This document shows positions 25,808-29,487 of a DNA stretch of 29,487 bases, in pieces. The translations under genes and the position numbers were made by a program. Source of the DNA: a bacterium (lineage in GTDB: Bacteria > DUMJ01); contig JBMFMV010000017.1 in NCBI GenBank assembly GCA_049970495.1, positions 1 to 29,487 of the forward strand, in the 5' to 3' direction. Numbering within the stretch: the first letter of the stretch is position 1; every line of letters starts with the position of its first letter. The notes under the pieces were generated by a model. That model was not told the origin of the DNA, made no database searches, and was given only the letters and a program-made list of their open reading frames with translations.

Positions 25808-26581
25808 CTACAAATCTAGTTCTGATGCTGAATCTAAGTCTAAATATAGTATGGCATTTTTACATCTTCTCAATATGGATGCCGGGCAAGATTCATCTAT
25901 AGGTCCTAGTAATGTGTTTCTAACAGCTTCTGCCTTCTGTTTTGCCGGAACTATACAGAATATATATTGAGCAGAGACTAACGTAGGTATAGTCATTGTT
26001 ACAGCATATTTAGGAACCTCTTCGATACTCTTAAAGCACCCATCATTAACCTGCTGCTGCCTACATCTCTCATCTAGATCAACTATTTTTACTTTCTTAG
26101 GGTCATTAAAATCAGCTACATGGGGATCATTAAAGGCTATGTGGCCATTTTCACCAATACCCATACAAGTTATATCTAGAGGATTTTCCTCTAACAACTT
26201 AGTCAGCCTATTACACTCTTCTTCCGGATTAGGGACATTACCATCTATATAGAATATATTTCTAAAGGGTTTCTTGGCAAATAATCTCTCTTTAAGAAAA
26301 TTAGCAAATAGTTGCGGCGCCTCAGGAGAAAGTCCTATATACTCATCCATATGAAAGGCATTTATCCTATTCCAATCTAAGTCTTCTCTGCTTAGATAAG
26401 CTAAAAATTCGTTCTGGGATGGGGCAGCTGCAAAGACAATATTTATAGTATCTTTTATTTTTAAAAGTTCCTTTATCCTTTCACTAACATCATACGCAGC
26501 AGACATACCCATCTCATCACGAGTCTTATAAACCTTTACTAATAATTCATCCACTTTAAATTCTTTGACTGGGATAACCAC
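25808..26581 (-). CDS. nagB: Glucosamine-6-phosphate deaminase family protein (NagB-like)
   Basis: 'AFHMDEYIGL', 'MGIGENGHIAFNDP', 'VPKYAVTMTIPTL', 'CPASILR'. The phosphate loop is the variant 'FAAAPSQ'. GTG start with AAGGAG upstream. Confidence 0.85.
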   Translation of the reverse strand: MVIPVKEFKVDELLVKVYKTRDEMGMSAAYDVSERIKELLKIKDTINIVFAAAPSQNEFLAYLSREDLDWNRINAFHMDEYIGLSPEAPQLFANFLKERLFAKKPFRNIFYIDGNVPNPEEECNRLTKLLEENPLDITCMGIGENGHIAFNDPHVADFNDPKKVKIVDLDERCRQQQVNDGCFKSIEEVPKYAVTMTIPTLVSAQYIFCIVPAKQKAEAVRNTLLGPIDESCPASILRRCKNAILYLDLDSASELDL

Positions 26582-26607
26582 TTTACCACTCCTTTCTTTT
26601 TAAATAA

Positions 26608-26636
26608 AGCATAGTATTAAAAGTTTATTCTGTCAA
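26608..26636 (-). promoter_or_regulatory. Promoter for nagB: TTGACA-N17-TATGCT
   Basis: tgtcaa at 26631-26636 and agcata at 26608-26613 on the + strand, 17-bp spacer. Confidence 0.6.
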
Positions 26637-26659
26637 CATGGCGCAAAATTTACACACTT

Positions 26660-26680
26660 TTATGTTAGAATTAAACATAA
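26660..26680 (+). promoter_or_regulatory. Extended -10 (TGTTAGAAT, 26663-26671) inside the inverted repeat TTATGTT-N7-AACATAA
   Basis: The perfect 7-bp arms straddle the -10 and run into the AAGGAGG RBS of the SDR gene. Confidence 0.5.
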
Positions 26681-26693
26681 GGAGGGAAATAGA

Positions 26694-27422
26694 ATGAAAC
26701 ATAAGTTAATTGGTAGAGTGGCTTTAATTACTGGGGCAAGTAGAGGGATAGGACGAGCTATAGCTCTTCTCTTAGGACAGAATGGGGTAAATCTAGCAGT
26801 TAACGCTCGTTCGGAAGGGGCTCTCTTTTTATTGAAAGAAGAGCTAAGTTCTTATGGGGTTGATGTACTCGTATGTCCTGGTGATCTTCAAGATCCACTA
26901 ACACCTTCTTTAATAATTAAAAAGGTTATCGATTATTTTGGTAAACTAGATATACTTATAAATAATGCAGGATTAGCTCTAGCTAAACCCCTTAGTGAGA
27001 CAACCTTAGAGGAGTGGGATATGTTAATGGCAGTAAATGCACGAGCACCTTTTTTACTGAGTAAAGAGGCTATTCCTTACCTTAAAAGGTCTGATATGGC
27101 TACTATTATAAATATCTCTTCTGTTGTAGGCGTAAAAGGATACATAAATCAAGGGGCATATACTGCATCTAAACACGCATTGATGGGACTTACCAAAGTA
27201 TTGGCTCAGGAGGTCTTTCAAGATGGGATTAGAGTTCATGTTATATCTCCTGGGGGTGTTGCTACAAGTATGGTAGAGTTAACTAGACCAGATATAGACC
27301 CTTCTACACTTATCTCACCTGAAGAGATAGCTGAAATCGTTCTATTTCTACTTACACATAGGGGTAATGCAGTTATAGATGAAATTAACGTCCGTAGATC
27401 TGCTAATCCTCCGTGGAGGTAA
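26694..27422 (+). CDS. SDR family NAD(P)-dependent oxidoreductase
   Basis: 'TGASRGIG', 'NNAG', 'NISS', catalytic 'YTASK', 'ISPGGVAT'. Confidence 0.95.
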   Translation: MKHKLIGRVALITGASRGIGRAIALLLGQNGVNLAVNARSEGALFLLKEELSSYGVDVLVCPGDLQDPLTPSLIIKKVIDYFGKLDILINNAGLALAKPLSETTLEEWDMLMAVNARAPFLLSKEAIPYLKRSDMATIINISSVVGVKGYINQGAYTASKHALMGLTKVLAQEVFQDGIRVHVISPGGVATSMVELTRPDIDPSTLISPEEIAEIVLFLLTHRGNAVIDEINVRRSANPPWR

Positions 27423-27425
27423 AAT

Positions 27426-28454
27426 ATGAGAGCTATGATACTTGATGGGATATATGACTTGAGCAAAAACAAATCTCCTCTAAAATTAGTAGAAATACCT
27501 ACCCCTGAACCTAGTTATAAAGAGGTACTGATAAAGGTATCTGCATGCGGTGTATGTAGGACAGACTTAGATGAGATAGAGGGTCGCACTATGCCTTCAA
27601 GGTTTCCAATAGTACTTGGCCATCAGATTGTAGGAAAGGTGGTAAAGATAGGAGAAGAGGTTAGTAGATTAAAGATAGAAGATAGGGTTGGAGTAGCTTG
27701 GATAAATTCTGCCTGTGGCAGATGTAATTTCTGCCTTTCTGGCCAGGAAAACCTATGCTATAAGTTTAAAGCTACAGGAAGAGATGTTGATGGTGGATAT
27801 GCCGAGTATACTGTAGTATCTGAAGACTTTGCATATAAAATTCCTAGTGGATTTTCTGATGAGGAAGCAGCACCTCTATTATGCGCAGGGGCTATAGGGT
27901 ATCGTTCATTGAGCCTATGTGATATGAAAGATGGAGATAATATAGGGCTCTTTGGTTTTGGGGCTTCAGCCCATCTAGTAGTACAGATCGTAAGATATAT
28001 GTATCCCAACTCAAAGATCTTTGTCTTTACTAGAAATAAAGTCGAAAGAGATTTTGCATTAAACTTAGGAGCCTATTGGACTGGAGATATAACTGATGAA
28101 TCTCCTGAGAAACTAAACTGTGTAATAGATACAACTCCTGTCTGGAAAAGTGTTATCATGGCCCTTAGGAACCTTGAAAGAGGCGGGAGACTTGTAATAA
28201 ATGCCATAAGAAAAGAGGATATAGATAAAGAATATCTTTTAAATATGAACTATGAGGTAGACCTCTGGCTTGAAAAAGAGATCAAGAGTGTTGCTAATGT
28301 TACAAGAAAGGACGTGTTAGAGTTTCTTTCAATAGCCGAAAAGATACCAATCCACCCTGAAGTACAGGTATTTGACCTAGAAGATGCAAATATAGCTATA
28401 CTAGAGATTAAGGAGGGGAAAATAAAAGGAGCCAAAGTATTAAAGATAAGATAG
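27426..28454 (+). CDS. Zinc-dependent alcohol dehydrogenase family protein
   Basis: 'CGVCRTD', 'LGHQIVG' (GHQ variant), structural zinc 'CGRCNFC..GQENLC', 'APLLCAG', 'GFGASA'. Confidence 0.92.
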   Translation: MRAMILDGIYDLSKNKSPLKLVEIPTPEPSYKEVLIKVSACGVCRTDLDEIEGRTMPSRFPIVLGHQIVGKVVKIGEEVSRLKIEDRVGVAWINSACGRCNFCLSGQENLCYKFKATGRDVDGGYAEYTVVSEDFAYKIPSGFSDEEAAPLLCAGAIGYRSLSLCDMKDGDNIGLFGFGASAHLVVQIVRYMYPNSKIFVFTRNKVERDFALNLGAYWTGDITDESPEKLNCVIDTTPVWKSVIMALRNLERGGRLVINAIRKEDIDKEYLLNMNYEVDLWLEKEIKSVANVTRKDVLEFLSIAEKIPIHPEVQVFDLEDANIAILEIKEGKIKGAKVLKIR

Positions 28455-28469
28455 AAAGAAGATACAATT

Positions 28470-29240
28470 ATGGCTACTATTAAGGAATTAAAAAGGATTA
28501 TTGAAGAAAAAGATAGAGAAATATTATTTCTAAGGAGTGAGATAGAAAGAAAGGAAGCAGAATTAGAAAAGATAATAAAGGTTTCTTTGTCTGTAGCTTC
28601 ACACCTTAGCTCTGTTGATGATATACTAAATCTTATAGTAACAGTAACAGCAGAGCTATTAAACACAAGAATATGTTCTATAATGCTTGTAGATGAGGAA
28701 AAACAAGAACTTATAATGAAGGCAAGTCAGAGCCTTGATGAAGAATACAGAAATAAGCCAAACTTAAAGATCAATCAAGGGATAAGCGGCTTAGTTGTTA
28801 AGGAAGGAAGACCTATCATAGTCTCAGACGTAAGGGAGGATTCTAGATTCTACTATAGAGATATTGCTAAAAGATTAGGCTTAGTTTCTATGCTTTCTGT
28901 GCCTATGCGTTTTAAAGAAAAGGTAATAGGAGTGGTTAATGTCTATACTTCTGAAGAGCATAGGTTTACAGAAGAAGAGGTAAATATAGTCCAAGCCTTA
29001 GCCAATTATGCAGCAATGGCAATAGGGAGTAGTCAGCTTATAAAAGAGGTTACAAAGATTAGAGAGGCGTTAGAAACTAGAAAATTGATAGACAAAGCCA
29101 AGGGAATCTTAATGAAGACCAAAGGGATGAGCGAAGATGAGGCTTATAGATTTTTACAGAAAAAAAGTATGGATACAGGGAAACCGCTAAAAGAGATAGC
29201 AGACGCTATCTGCCTCGTTTACGAGATAGAAAAGAAATAA
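28470..29240 (+). CDS. Coiled-coil + GAF + ANTAR RNA-binding regulator
   Basis: Heptad N-terminus. GAF region 'CSIMLVD...GISGLV...PIIVSDVREDSRF...SMLSVPM...IGVVNVY...FTEEE'. ANTAR 'LETRKLIDKAKGILM...SEDEAYRFLQKKSMD...LKEIADAI'. Confidence 0.93.
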   Translation: MATIKELKRIIEEKDREILFLRSEIERKEAELEKIIKVSLSVASHLSSVDDILNLIVTVTAELLNTRICSIMLVDEEKQELIMKASQSLDEEYRNKPNLKINQGISGLVVKEGRPIIVSDVREDSRFYYRDIAKRLGLVSMLSVPMRFKEKVIGVVNVYTSEEHRFTEEEVNIVQALANYAAMAIGSSQLIKEVTKIREALETRKLIDKAKGILMKTKGMSEDEAYRFLQKKSMDTGKPLKEIADAICLVYEIEKK

Positions 29241-29242
29241 TA

Positions 29243-29487
29243 TTATTCCACTCTATCCCCTTTTAGTGTGTATTCGCTTGCCTCTTTTATCTTTACTTTT
29301 ACTATTTTACCCGGTTCTATCTTCTCATCTATCACTACTACTTTATTAGTTCTGGTCCTTCCCCTTGACTGATTTGGGAATTTTGTCCTGTCTTCCTCTA
29401 TAAGTACTTTTTGAATAGTCCCTATAAGTTTTTCATTTAGTTCTCTAGATATTTCATTTTGAACTTGATTGAATATCTCATACCTTT
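29243..29487 (-). CDS. miaB: 3' end (TRAM domain) of a MiaB-like tRNA methylthiotransferase; partial and absent from the ORF track
   Basis: My translation of the minus strand: RYEIFNQVQNEISRELNEKLIGTIQKVLIEEDRTKFPNQSRGRTRTNKVVVIDEKIEPGKIVKVKIKEASEYTLKGDRVE*. 'GRTRTNKVV' and 'GKIVKVKI..A..YTL.G' are typical of the MiaB TRAM domain. Stop TAA at 29243-29245. Confidence 0.82.
   Translation of the reverse strand, partial: RYEIFNQVQNEISRELNEKLIGTIQKVLIEEDRTKFPNQSRGRTRTNKVVVIDEKIEPGKIVKVKIKEASEYTLKGDRVE

Noticed and set aside
26660..26680. Inverted repeat as an ANTAR-binding hairpin
   Set aside because: It is a single hairpin with a 7-nt loop lacking G at position 4, and it mostly lies upstream of the predicted start site.
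307..28666. About 25 short antisense or alternate-frame ORFs in the track (e.g. 307-666, 8217-8558, 10949-11404, 12021-12446, 16999-17517, 28250-28666)
   Set aside because: They lie wholly or mostly opposite well-supported genes, show the Ser/Ile/Pro-rich composition of shadow frames, and have no recognisable motifs.
29236..29247. Palindrome AATAATATTATT between the ANTAR gene and miaB
   Set aside because: It is explained by two convergent TAA stops 2 bp apart; it is all A/T and not a terminator.
1..29487. CRISPR arrays, tRNA/rRNA genes, intact transposases/integrases, prophage or defence genes
   Set aside because: No spaced direct repeats or cloverleaf-like segments were seen, all intergenic gaps are under 200 bp, and no ORF has such motifs. 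The HD protein has the OB+HD YhaM layout, not Cas3/Cas10.

Overview
AT-rich bacterial chromosomal segment, densely coding, with 29 probable CDSs (two cut by the window edges). I see no rRNA, tRNA, CRISPR array or intact mobile element. Left to right: (1) the 3' end of a Dpp/Opp-type ABC operon (two permeases, no ATPase); (2) a TIM-barrel isomerase/epimerase abutting a YgiQ radical SAM gene; (3) a secreted hypothetical protein made of two tandem ~118-aa repeats, then an alpha/beta hydrolase; (4) a Gfo/Idh/MocA oxidoreductase divergent from a folate/one-carbon operon (folT - Ntn asparaginase - yhaM - folD - 5-formyl-THF cyclo-ligase - lpdA - perR-like); (5) a long minus-strand carbohydrate region (nagB-like, GntR/AraR regulator with a perfect palindromic operator, sugar ABC transporter, secreted GH92 alpha-mannosidase, then proA-proC-Gfo-Gfo-nagA); (6) SDR - Zn-ADH - GAF/ANTAR; (7) the 3' end of a miaB-like gene that the ORF track missed. 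The best candidates for undescribed biology are a possible mannosyl/GlcNAc glycan pathway that may use a tandem Gfo/Idh/MocA pair instead of a classical hexosaminidase, the secreted tandem-domain protein, the Ntn hydrolase inside a folate operon, and the GAF-ANTAR operon. All functional calls come from reading motifs by eye; no searches were run.
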